NCBI GenBank assembly: GCA_964016885.1
Contig: OZ024742.1
Coordinates: 58,466,001-58,530,000 of the forward strand
Reading direction: 5' to 3'
Length of the DNA stretch: 64,000 nucleotides
DNA from: Eledone cirrhosa
Lineage: Eukaryota
Both the position numbers and the translations under genes were made by a program. The notes under the pieces were generated by a model, which was not told the DNA's origin, searched no databases, and worked only from the letters and a program-made list of their open reading frames with translations. This document shows positions 48,671 through 62,231 of this stretch, piece after piece; the first letter of the stretch is position 1, and every line of letters starts with the position of its first letter.

Positions 48671-49970
48671 AGTGGAAGCTTAGTAAAATCGAAGCTTTGG
48701 CTGTGGCCAAGCAAAGTCGACCCACAATAGGAATGAGTTAGCAAAGCACTCAAGTCCTTAGAGTAATAACATACGTTTAAATAGCTTGACAAATTGATCA
48801 TTGCGGTAGGCAAAACCCAACCACACAATACCAAAGTAACGAAAATATAAGTAGTTGATTGCTTCTGTTACCTGGGTAACCAAATTAACAATGAAGTTGG
48901 GTGTTCTGAAAGTACAGTAGCCAGAGTGAGAATGGGATGGAAAAAGTTCACTGCAGGCTACAAAAGACTTTTCTCTCAAAATGAAAGGCAGATTGTATGA
49001 CACGTGTATGAACAACAATGTTGCATGGAAGTGAGACCTGGGCACTATATGCAGAGAACCTATGGAAACTGGAAAGAAATTAAGCTTTCATGCTCCGATT
49101 GATATGTAATAGAAGTGTGCATGAACAGCAAAGTGTCAATGAACTGAGAGAGAAATTGACCTTACCCAATTAAACCTCACAAAGGAGATGACACAGACTG
49201 TATTGCAGAAGACCCACCTTCCCATGTGCACACAATGAAACAAACACCATTCTTCTTTTTACTTCTCCCTAGTCTTAATATCCCATTTTCACCAGCTAAA
49301 TATCCCATGCACCTCGTCCATGTCGAACTTGCTAACTTGTACCTCCTCGAACCCTCACTTCTCATCACTGATACACCTCACCTGCCCAATGTATGCATGC
49401 AAGCATGAAAAGCTTGACACACTCCACATCTGATATCCCACAATGTTGCTTCCACGTCAAAAAAGCACTAAGTCCAGCAAGAATAGTGATCTGGTACTAC
49501 AACAACAAAAGCACCCAGTCTACCCTGTAAAGTGGTAGACTGGGTGCAGCACTCAATGCACCTTGTAAAGTGGTTATGATGGTGACACGGCAAAAAAGCA
49601 CCCAGTCCACTCTCTTAGATGGTTGTTTTGGTGCCATGATTAAAAAAGCACCCAATTCATACTGTAACATGGTTGACATTACGAAGGGCATCCGGCTGTA
49701 GAAACAAAGCTAAAATACAAATCTGTATGAGCAAGACGTGGGTCACCTGACCTGACTTCTTTCATAACATGACAACCCATCAAACACATGCAAGCATAGA
49801 AAAATAAATGTTAAATGATGATAATACTATGTGTACACCTATATCATCATCATCATCCTCGTTTAACGTCCACTTTCCACGCTAGCATGGGTTAGACGGG
49901 TGATCGTGTCTCACTCATATAGGACTATCTGGCAGGTTTTCTACGGCTGGATGCCCTTCCTAACAACAAC

Positions 49971-50017
<47 letters not shown>

Positions 50018-50648
50018 ATGATACATGGAAAAGGACACATGGAAAAAGGTAGTTGTTACACAATAGTTGTGTCAGAAAACAGCATAAAACTGGGATGACG
50101 ATTTCATACTATCTAACTGTAAATGAGCACACAAATGCACACACACACATACATACTCACAGTCATACATACATTCATGTGCTTTTGAACACAAATCATT
50201 AATGATGATTAGCGAAAAAAACAACAAAAACAAGTGTGGCCAGCTGGTAAAAACACTACATCATTCACACAAACACATACATATATATATACATACACAC
50301 ATACGTGTGCACACACAGGTACATAGACACACATGCACACATATACAAGGTCAGAAGACCATATTTTGCTCTTAATGTTCCATTTTTAGCTTGGTTTCTA
50401 AAGCTTGATACCCATCCTAAAGCTAACCACTTTACAGAGTGTACTGGGTGCATTTTTTCATGGTATCAGCACTACCAATTACACTATATAGATATGTGTG
50501 TGAATGCATATACACCACCACCACCACCACCACCACCACCACCACCACATATATATATACACATATATATACACACACATATCATGATAATGACATATAT
50601 ATATATTTGCGTGCATATACATATATAGGTAATATACATACACATATC

Positions 50649-51253
50649 ATGGTGGCTGCCAACTCGTTTTCGAGCTACTTATATCCATGTAGGAGAACCC
50701 CTACCGATGCACTGAACGAGTGTGACTTTTTAGTCCAGCCAGCGACTTGAAAACTCGGGTACAAACACTACACTTGTGACAATTATTGACACATAGTGCA
50801 GGGCCCATGGTACCATGTGACGACAAGGGCAGAGAGATCTCCAGATATAAAGCAATGCCTGTGCCGTGAAGCTTTTATAGTGAACAAAGGCACTGCACAA
50901 AGCCAGTCCCACTCTCTTAACCAAGATGATATTTACCAAAAAGAAGAACAAGTCAACATCATTGGATACCACCAGGGTTGCAGGTGTTATATCAGAGTTT
51001 TCCTTCTCCTAGAATTCTGCCTTGACAAAGGCTAAGGGGGTCATCTCTCCCGGTGATTTCGGATGGCCACTGACTCTTAAGAGCTCCTTTGCCCTTTGAC
51101 AGGTTTTGTTTTTAGTCCTGCAGGATGTCCAAAGTCACCCTCCTCACCAAGAAACCTTGGTGGGGTTGCCAGTTTAGTCGCCAACGACCCGACCATGAGA
51201 CATGTTGTACTGGGATACATGTTACCAGTAGCACCAACTGGTGACCTGACATA
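50649..51253 (-). mobile_element. Bipartite non-autonomous RTE, copy 2
   Basis: Highly similar to 37423-38035, with the same 5' and 3' ends. Confidence 0.8.
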
Positions 51254-54212
51254 CTACACATATCATACATATATATATACACACATAAATATATCATCAG
51301 CCTCGTCGATTAGCGTCCATCATTCATGGGTAGGATGGATTGACCCTTAGGGAAAAAATAGGTCAGAGAACCATGTTTAGCTCACCCGGGGCAGATTTTG
51401 GCCTAGTTTCTACAGCTGGGTGCCCTTCCTACAGTCAACCACATTCACAGTGTGTGCTGGGCACTTTTTGTCATGACACCTACACAACCACTTTACAGTG
51501 AGGACTGGGCACCTTTGTCATATTACTGACATGACCACTTTACAGTGGCGCCTGGGCATTTTTGTCTTGGGACTAGAGGGGATGAGGAAGCTTGGGGAAA
51601 ATGTGGACAGGGTAGTTGGGGAGGTATGGTTACACACACACACACACATATATACACACACACACACACACACATACATATATATACATATATACAGGCA
51701 TACATATATATATATATATACACATGCTTATATACATTCATACACATATCTACATATAATGTATGTGGTAATGCTGGTGCTATGAAAAAATGCACTTTGT
51801 GCACTCTGTAAAGTGGCTAACGTTAGGATGGGTATCCAGCTGTAGAAACCAAACTAAAAATGGAACACTATGAACAAAACATGGTCTTCTGACCTGTCTC
51901 ATCAAAGACTGTGATAAACAGTCACCCCATACCAGTATGGAAAATGGACATGAAATGATAATTGTATATGTGTGTGTGTTTGAGAGAATGTCGTTTATAC
52001 AAGACATGGCCAAATGGTTAAGAAATGTGCTTCTCAATAATGAGATCCCAGGTTTAATCTAAATGGTATCTAGAGTGTCTTCTAATATCACCTTGGCTTG
52101 GTCCAATCCTTTGGAATCGAAGTAAAGCAAAGCAGAAATTTTGTAGATGACCATTAAATGAAATGTAGCTGTAATTCATAGCTATGACAACCTGTGTCAA
52201 GCTGATTCTAACTGAGGGTTGTGTTATGAGTATCTGTGGAATACTCAGCCACTTGTATTATAATTCAATAAGTAGTTTAGTTGATCAAATATGCCAACAC
52301 TACCAATGTGAAATCCTAAAGGTTTCAAAGTTGGTTCAAACAGATGCTGATATGTAAATAGTAGGTGATTGGTGTAGTAGTTAAGGTGCTGGTCTCAATA
52401 TCAAAGTCATGAGTTTAATTCCTAGACTGGGCAGTGCATTGCTTTAGTTCACTCAGCTGGCAAAAATGAATAGAACCGGTAATTCAAGGGCCAGCCTTTT
52501 CACGTATTGTGTCACACTGAATCTCCCTTTGAACTATGTTATGGGTACACTTGTTTGTGGAAAGCTCAGCTACTTACACGTTAATTTCATGAGCAGGCAG
52601 TTCCATTGACTGAATCAATTGGAGCATTTGTCATCATAAACAAAAGGACCAACAACAAAAGTACAAATGAAGTATCAATAAATTTTGAAATTGTTTATTG
52701 AAAAGTGGTTGGTGTTAAGAGGACATCTTGCTGTAGAAGCCTCCCAAAGATTGAACATATGAGCAAGACATGGTCCACAGACCTATCTCAGACTGTGTTA
52801 AACCATGCCAGACTGGGAAACAAATGTAAAATGATGATGATGAACCAAGAAAGGAAGAACTATGCCCCTGACCATTTTAGGATCTCCAAAACTTAGGGGA
52901 TAGAGTTGGGGAAAAGTATCCTTCAACGGGAGACCTAATGCAAGTGGACTCTGCGAAACATGCAAGGTGGTGGTAAATAACATGACAGATTAAGTCTACC
53001 ATCCAAGTCGGCTACAGCAAAGTTTGAACTCGGCCCATGGGCTGGGACATTACTCTATCGGCCCTGAAAAGATGGAAAGATGATCTCAGCAGGAGTTGAA
53101 CTCAGAACACATTGAACTGAAAAAAGGACATGCAACGCTCTAACGTTGGTGATGTTTTATATATATATAACAGATGATTTTGCTGGTGAAGAATGTTTAG
53201 ACCCAGGTGAGTATTTATGAAGTAGAACAATGGTCGCTGAAAGGTGTTTTCGTCGTGACCTTCCCCTCTTATTCTTGGACTGTACCTACGAGCTCACATC
53301 GGTATGGTGTTAATTTGAGGGACATTTGTCTGTTATATTTAGCAGGCCAAACGATCTCATAGGCGGTCGTCACTAACCAAAGGTGAACAATGTCGACAAA
53401 CCTATATGATTTTCCTGACTGTAGGAAATCACAAGACATTTTAGATACAAAATGACTTGAAAAGGGCAGAGAAGCTGATGGTCAGCACATCACCATTATT
53501 ATTAATCCTAGTGGTCAATAAAGAAATCATTATTATTAGCTTTGCATTTCATCCTTATGGGGTCGATAAAACAAAGTACCAGTAACGCACTGAGGTCGAT
53601 TTAATCGACTTACCCCTCCCCCAAAATAGTTGCCCTTGTGCCTATTATTATTTACTTGTCTTTGTTATTACTAACCTTCCCGCTTCTGCTTCTTTTCCTA
53701 AGTATTTCGCTTTTGTACTGTCCCCTATGTTTTAGGCCCTTGTTGCCAATAAATGACATTTTTTAATTATCGTTATCATTATAATCATCATCATCATGCT
53801 ACCACAATCCAGTTTTTTGTTTTACAACGAACTCTGGGGTTGGCGAGAGAGAACATACATAGATGGCCTACCGATAGTAGCATCAACCAACAAAACCGAT
53901 AGACAAAACAGAAAAAATGGTAGATTTCGTTAGCGTGTAAGTGTCAGTTGTGTAGTCGGTTAAAATACCTTTTGCTAAGAAAGGAGGGGTGGCTGGATGA
54001 TATAGATGTTATAGGGAAGAAGCAAGAAAAACTGGAAGCTGGCCGAATTATACAGTCAACTGCTTCGATAAATGAACCATATATGATAGAGAGAACGGAT
54101 GGCTGCATCCATGTAGAAAACGGAACGAGATCTTTTCTTTTTTCTTGTTTGATCTGATATACGGCATACGGATGTGAATGCAACACACGTCATTATATAT
54201 ATATATATATAT

Positions 54213-54511
54213 ATGGTGGCTGCCAACTCGTTTTCGAGTACGGCCACTACTTTATATCCATGTAGGAGAACCCCTACCGATGCGCTGAACGAGTGTGACT
54301 TTTTAGTCCAGCCAGCGACTTGAAAACTCTAGTACAAACACTACACTTGTGACAATTACTGACACAGTGCTGGGCCCATGGTACCATGTGATGACAAGTG
54401 CAGAGATCTCCAGATACAAAGCAATGTCTGTGCCGTGAAGCTTTTATAGTGAGCAAAGGCACTGCACAAAGCCAATCCCACTCTCTTAACCAAGATGATA
54501 TTTACCAAAAA

Positions 54512-54512
<1 letters not shown>
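54213..54512 (-). mobile_element. Bipartite non-autonomous RTE, 5'-truncated copy 3 in (TA)n
   Basis: 3' half of the same element. Confidence 0.8.
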
Positions 54513-54560
<48 letters not shown>

Positions 54561-55371
54561 TACACAAACGTATATATAACCAATCGTGTCACTGGTATAC
54601 GATATCAATAATGTAATGATTATTCACCAAGAGCTATTTAGCTTCAAGCGAATAATAATAGACTTATTACATTCAGAAGCATATACAAACATGCAAGATT
54701 AGCTAGAAACAGGAAATTGAAAGACAATGAGGAGGATGTATTCAAAGATATTAACGATTGTAAGACAACGTTGGTTAATAAACAATAATTAAAAGTAATA
54801 TTAATAACCATAATTGTGGCTTAAAAGCTAGAATTCTATATATATCAACCATTCTTGCCATAGCCACTATATGTATGATATATTGCAAGGAAGATTGTAA
54901 ATGATCTGAAAATAGAGAAAGGAGTATAAGAAACATGATTCGGGGGTTATTCTGATCCTTTAGTGTCCTCCCTACTAAAGTTTATAGTAACACCAATTAG
55001 GAGAAGCATCTAGCATTTAAATAACAAAATACCACACACACACACACGTGTGTGTGTAAATTAATAATCATTTTGTTATTAATATAAATAGGCATCTAAA
55101 TTGTTGAGAAAATAAAAGTCCAAAAATACATAGATATGTGTGTGTGCGCGCGGTTAATACAGACATACATAATGAATGGAGGCGGTTTTTATTACCAAGT
55201 GTTGTGTTTTTTAATCTTAACGAGAAGGGAAAATATAGTACAGACGTAGATAGGGCAACGAACTTGGTACTTGTCTAACAATGGTGATAAATAAAACAAA
55301 ACCTGTGTTCGCTGTCTTTATAACCACACACACATACACACTAACGTTAGAGCGAAACCAGCGAAACATGG

Positions 55372-55570
55372 GAGCCTCTACCTGGTGACTAGACGTGCTA
55401 GAAATAACAACAAATCTCTATCAAATCACACCCTACCACTTTGAGACACGTTGAATAATGTGGTTGTTTGCACATACGAAATAAAAAAAAGTCGAGATGA
55501 TCGCGGTTGGAATGCTTTTAATCATAGATCAGTGTTTGATCACAGCTAAACCCTAGGGCTAAATAACAGC
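55372..55570 (+). repeat. Unclassified old interspersed repeat with an (AAC)-like tail
   Basis: Motifs GCTAGAAATAAC..AAATCAC..GGAATGC..ATCATAGATC..GGGCTAAA. Reverse copies at about 4262-4450, 53310-53365, 58540-58735 and 60098-60260. Confidence 0.55.
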
Positions 55571-55773
55571 TAAGAAATAATGTGTGGTGTGTCATATTTA
55601 CCAAATGTTATGTGGACATTAAATGAGTGACTTATTTTACATCGTTCAACCTAGTACTTTGAAGGCGTTCCTAACTATATATCGATCCCCCACTTTGTGG
55701 CACTGTCGTACAACCCACTCAGTCTCTCCCTCCCTGGTGTGTCTCTCTTTTTCTCTCTATATATATATTATAT

Positions 55774-55815
<42 letters not shown>

Positions 55816-56274
55816 GAGGTATTTTATATATTTTTATATATATATTATCCTGCAGATTCATAAGCTCTGCATGCCAAAACATTATTATTACTACTGTTAT
55901 AGCACCCTATTGACAAATAAAAGAAATAATTAGTGGCTTGGCAGAGTCGGTAGAGCGTCGGACAAATGCTAAGCAGTATTTATTCCGACTCTCTACTTTC
56001 CGAGCTGAGCTCAAATCCCGTCGAGGTCAACTTTGCCTATCATTCGTTCGAAATCTATAAAATAAAGTACCAGTCACGCACTGGAATGAATATAATCGAC
56101 TTCCCTCCCTCCACTCACAAAAACAAAATAGTTTGCCTTGTGCCTAAATGAGAAACTATTATGAAAGAACGTATTTATATTGATGGTATTTTGTGGTTTT
56201 TAGGGATGGAAGTGGTCAGAAACTGCGGAATCAATCTCAGTAGAACCACAAAATCTCGTTAAACACACACACAC

Positions 56275-56321
<47 letters not shown>

Positions 56322-56322
<1 letters not shown>

Positions 56323-56482
56323 CGAAGGAATTGTGGTAAGGAACCAGATGGACCATAACGCACCAGAGTACTCAATACTTAAGGTAGTAGAGTGGGTCAT
56401 AGGAAAAAGTATGACCCCGACGGCAGAGCTCAAGCCGTTTCGAGTCCAGAAATAGCCGTCGAAACGGCTTGAGCTCTGCCGT
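56322..56482. mobile_element. PLE-like terminal fragment with a 24-bp fold-back; second copy at 59226-59338
   Basis: ACGGCAGAGCTCAAGCCGTTTCGA / TCGAAACGGCTTGAGCTCTGCCGT. Both copies abut (TA)n at the same element end. Confidence 0.55.
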
Positions 56483-57169
56483 TCACTACTGTAATTATTA
56501 TATATGATGACCCAATGTTATATATATATATATATATATTTATGAGAACATTCGGGCATGTACATTGATTGCTCTTACCTCGTATATATTGTCCTTTCAT
56601 GTGTATGATACATACACACATACATATGTACATAGAATGTATGTGTGTGTGTGTGCCTTTGTTAATTATTAGCAGTGTGGCATAAGAGTGATGAAGAACA
56701 GAAGAAATATCAAGATTGAAAGGAAGAAGACAAGAATTGATAGAACAAGAATTAGATCTATAATAAATAATGGCAATAATTAATTCTTAGGTTTTGAAAT
56801 AATATAAAACATTTTTTTTTAACCTACCAACAAGTGATGTTATTTCCTCCAAGACTGGATGTTCATTCCTCATAGATTTACAAGTCTACTCCATACAGTA
56901 GACACAAATATTTCCTTTACTCCTTTCCACTCGATGACCGAAAGTATCCATGGTGTAGCTTACTCATTATTAGTCTTTTCTTCGTTATTATTAACATCAT
57001 CATTAATACTATTAATTAATTATTTATTATTAATAATAATAACAATACCAATTATATATTTTAATCCTTAATTTCCTTTTTGTGCTATTCGTTATTCATT
57101 GATAAATATTTTTTGTATTTGTTCGTTGTTATTTTCTAATATATTTTTGTTGGTAAATTTCATTTGTTT

Positions 57170-57219
<50 letters not shown>

Positions 57220-59344
57220 ATGCGTGTCTGTGTGTATGTATATCCTCACCGAATTACGAGAGTGAGTGCATTTTAGAAGTCGATGTGTGTTGCCAGGAAA
57301 TGAGAATATACACATATATCTAGCTATTTATACACTCACTCACACATGCGATTTTAATATTAGTCTTTTTATATGTGACACACACACCCATATATATACA
57401 TGGGTATATATATTTAAAAAGACGCAAAATAAAATACACACATACACACATATATATGTATATAAAAACAATAGATTGTGGCAGCAATAAGGACGGTGAC
57501 TACAACAATCAACACAGTTTATGTAAGAGTGTATAGCTGTATGTATATATATTCATATGTATATTAGAGAAGAGTATATTAATTATTATACCTACAACTA
57601 ATTTTCTACAAATGATAATGTTAATAATATTATTCCATGTTTGTTGTGGTTCTTCTTCAGTTAATCTTCTCCCCCATGGTATACAGCATCTCTGTCCCTC
57701 CGTCTACGTCTCTGCTATTTCTCTTTCCCTCTCTCTATAGCTATTTCTCTTTCCCTCTCTCTATTACTATACATATCTCTCTCGTACCCACAACTATATT
57801 TCTGTTTCTTTCTCTCTACGTATATTTCTCTCTCTCCTACCCTCTCTATCTGTTTCTTTATCTTTTCCTCTTTTTATATATATATATATATGTCTCTCTT
57901 TCCCACCTTTCTCTCTATGTATATATTTACAACCCTCTCTATGTATATATTACCCTCTTTGCGTGTGTGCGGTGTCTCCCTGTCTGTGTATGTATCCCTC
58001 TCCTTCCTCTCTACAACAACAATGACTGCTACTGCTGTTCACTCAGCACACGGCACGCCTCACGTGACTTACATGTAATAGACCAACTGACAGCGACAAC
58101 TTCGTTGTTGTTGTAGTAGTTGTGCTGTAAATATATTGATGATGATAGTGATGGTATTGGTGATGCTGGTGGAAAATTTATTGATGATGGTTGTAGTGTT
58201 GGTGGCGATGGTGACATTGGTGCATAAAAGAGAGCGGTAGAAATATGATGTTAACGACAGCGACGACTAGTAATGGCATAAAATTGTCACTATGTTGGTG
58301 TCTTCTGCCCCCACTGTGCCTCATGGCGGAGGTCTATTACATACAATACGTGTGTGGGCCAAGGAGTGAGGTGTCAATGATTGAGAGAGAGAACTAGAAT
58401 TGATGGCATCGTTGTTGTTGATAGAGCGGCGGTTTGTCTTTCTCCATACTCACCATTATATTATGACGGCCGTCTTAACTACTCTCTTTAACACTGTCCA
58501 TTCCACATATTGCTGACTGTGTGTTTGTATAGTGTTGATACTTTTAGCCCCAGGTCAGTCCTGATCGAGTCGATCTCTGATTAAAGACATTTAAGCCATG
58601 ACTATCTCATTTTTTGTAGGGTGGGAGTAGATATCAAAAACTACATTATATCTTGTGTGTATCTTTCCATTTTTCAAAACGGCAGAGTATAATATAGCCT
58701 GTTATTTCTAGCACGTAGAGCGACCATGTATAGAACACCCACATTCGGGTGTGTTTGTATGTAATTTAAAATAACGATTTCTAATTGAAGCACAGGGCCA
58801 GCAGTTTTTGAGGAAAGGAAGGTCGTCTTCAATATTTGACTGGTGTTTTATTTCATCGACGCCGGAAGGATGAGAGGCAAAATTAACCTCAGCGGGATTT
58901 GAACTCAGAATGTAGAGTACCATAACTAAATGCCGCAAAGAATTTTGTTCGACGCTCTAACGATTTTGCCAAAAATAATGACATTGAAAAAAATTTCCAC
59001 CGATGTCTTTCTTCGATGTAAAGAACATTTAGCGAAGAAGTGTACTACATAGAATTAAGCTCTTCGTGCGTAACATGTCGACTTGGGTTAATAATTCTTT
59101 CTAACATTGACACAAAGCCAGCAAATTTGGGGGAAGGGTAAAGTTGATTAAATCAATCCCAGTAGTTGATTGGTACTTTACTTCATCAACCCCAGAAGGA
59201 TAAAAAGCAAAGTTGACCTCTGTGAGCTTGAGCTCTGCCGTCGGGGTCATACTCTCTCCTATTACCCACTCTACTACCCTAAGTATTGAGTACTCTGGTG
59301 CGTTATGGTGCATCTGGTTCCTTACCACAACTCCTCCGATATAT

Positions 59345-59462
<118 letters not shown>

Positions 59463-61649
59463 GAGGTTATATTTAATTTGTTGGGATTCAACAAGCTTAA
59501 AAATTATATATATATGAGAAAGTACCGGTTAGTTGCCGATAATATCATGACCCGGTTTTGCCTCTTTCCGGCACCCCGGCTTGGCTGCTAGCTACTGTTA
59601 TTTTTGACTTCACCTATGTCACTAATTTGTCCTTGAAAGAGGCATGCATGTCACACAATCGCAAATACCTGCTTGTTTGTCAATAAAGTCACCGAATAGT
59701 TCATTAGGACACATACTTATACTTAACTGACCACCATCATTAAAAAATTGCTATCTCTCGCTCTAAGCTATGTTTATTTTATCGACCGAATTTGCAAGTC
59801 GTGTGTGTGAATCTATTTATCTTTCTTTCTTTCTGCCACTCCATCGTTATTTATTGCTGCCAAACAGTTTACTCAGACTTTCAAAATTTTAGCTATGATG
59901 ACCTCAACGTACATTTTACTAAGTGGAACTGTTTCAAGCTGCTAATCTCCATCGATGACATTATAAATGGGGCAAAAAGAGAAGTGTATTTATTTATTTT
60001 CTAAGTTTCTTTTATTCCTCTTTGAAAGACAAAACAAACTTCTATAGTGTAGTTGATGCTTATAATTGTGTTTGAACGGGGGAACATTTGTGAGCTGGTT
60101 GTTGTTGTTAAACCCTAGGTTGGACATGTTTGAGTAGACAGAATCCGCAGACCGACAGTTGGCCAATGTAGCTTTTAATACCAACAATTGTTAGTTGTTT
60201 AACCAGGTTAGTTTTACAGACCTGTGATCAACGATCTTCCAATCGTGACCATCCTGTATTTTTGTACTTCTAAAACTACATTATTCATCGTGTCTGTTTT
60301 AACACCAACAGTTGTTGCTTGCTGTTGTTTAATCCTCAGAACATCACCTCCCTGCTTATATTTTTCCAAAAAGAGTTGATCTGCAACACTCTAAGCAGAA
60401 CATCAACACTACTGTAATTTACAAGGTAAGACTCCCTTTTTTCCACGTGGGAGATAATTCTGTTTTGTGTGTATTCTGACCTCATCAGGAAAGTATACCC
60501 TTTACTATCCTGCAGAAATAATGATGGAATAACCACTGATTTCAAGTCACTGAAGCTCACAGTTGAGATAGCAAAAGACTGCAGTGAGTGGAGGGATCTG
60601 GTGTTGGAAAAGACCCATCCAACCCATGCAAGCATAGAAAAACAGACATAAAATGATGGTGCTGATGACAATAATGATGAGTTGCTAGGAAGAATGAATA
60701 TTAATCTCCTCTTCCTAGCATGACAACTACAGGAGAATTATTTAGGAGTAAGCCACTCTACTTAGCAATTGTTGACCTGGAGAATGCCTTTGACAATGTT
60801 CCAAGTTATGTAGTCTGGTGATTGCTAAGGAAACTAGGATAGATGAATGGTTTATGAGAGTTATGGAAGCTATGTACTCTTGTTCAGTATAGTCCTCCAA
60901 ACCATAACAAAAGAGTTTAAGATCAGCTGTCTATGAGAACTCTCATATGCTGATGACCTAATTCTCATAGCTGAATCTGTAAAACATTTAGTCCTTTTGA
61001 TATCAACCTGCCCAAAACTGCCTTTACTTCTATGAAACAGAACCACTCATTTTAAAGGGTTCCCATTTAAATTAAACTCTTCCAACATAATTTGATATAA
61101 GAAACTTTTCTTAAATTATTTTATGAATACTATCATAATAATGAAATAAATTATAATTTTAGTATAACCATTCAAATGCAGTGTATTTCATGAGAAATAT
61201 GCTAATGAAAGGGTTAGAGAAACAATGCTTAGAATAAAAAGGACTAATATAAGGCTTCCCTTTTTTTATCTCTCTTTCTGTCTTGGTTTTGTTTCTTAAC
61301 TGTAAGGGGTACTGGATACCTCCCCTAGTCTGCCATGGCTTACTAGCTCTATATAGATGTGTGAATTGATTAAATAAATAAATAGTAAGAGGACATGATC
61401 CTACTGCCATTAGGGAAATGACTGTGCTTAATACATAAATACATAGAAAAACAGAAGGGGAAAAATTCCATACAATGTACTCTGTGTAAACTATGGTTGC
61501 ACAAGAGGTCTAGTGCGATTACAGGCAGATGATAACAGAGAAGATAGATTTTGTGTGTGACAGATGCATAGGTGCAATTAGTAGTAAGAGGACATGTGAA
61601 ATAGATTATTTCAAATGCCCAGAAAGCTTCCTATAAGTAGATCTGGTGT

Positions 61650-61920
61650 ATTCAGCTACCAGCCCTGGCTTTGCTGCTCGGCAGACCTAAAAAGGCAAGC
61701 TGTCAAAGTATCAGCCACTCTCTAATAGGTTTGTGGTTGAGCCTGTGGCAGTGGAGACTTCTGACATTCTTGGCCCTCCGGACCACAACCCTACTCATTG
61801 CTATTAAAGCAGAGTTGGCAACCTGCAAGTAGAAGCCCTTGATGTTGAGTGTTTTGTTCTAGTGCTTCTCCCTCCCCATCCTCTGGGGCAATGGCTTCTT
61901 CACCCTGTTCGCTGGGACTA
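61650..61920 (+). mobile_element. C-terminal fragment of a CRE-like (restriction-like endonuclease) non-LTR element
   Basis: SATSPGFAARQT*KGKLSKYQPLSNRFVVEPVAVETSDILGP ... LF*CFSLPILWGNG resembles the CRE consensus SA..G.AA..AE..K..KY..L....F.P.AVET.G..G...QR.S.AI.RGN. Confidence 0.6.
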
Positions 61921-61938
61921 CGAAGTGAACTAACCCTT

Positions 61939-62218
61939 TGTGGTTAGAAAAAGCTATCTCACTTACCGCTTTTCACAGGCGCTGCTAAATTCCACTGCAG
62001 GTACTCCTCTTCCACGTGCGTCCGACTGCTTAACACCGGGAGCTGCCCAAAACGCGTCCTCACCGTATGCTGGTCACCACTAGAGAGAGGCCCTCTCCTG
62101 GCCCTTCCGGTCGAGCATCCTTCCGGTCAAAGACCTCTTCCGGTCGAGCACTCAAAAACCCCTTCCGGTCGAGCACTCCCCCCCGCCCCCGGCCACCGCA
62201 CGCCACACCATACCCACA
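61939..62218 (-). repeat. 3' LTR of a Ty3/Gypsy element (280 bp)
   Basis: On the minus strand, the polypurine tract AGGGGGGCG is followed by TGTGG...CCACA termini; four internal CTTCCGGTC repeats. Confidence 0.75.
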
Positions 62219-62231
62219 CGCCCCCCTGATC

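Noticed and set aside
59503-59591. Possible third mini-Helitron (CCGG hairpin + CTAG)
   Set aside because: No 5' TC, and the CTAG is followed by C, not T.
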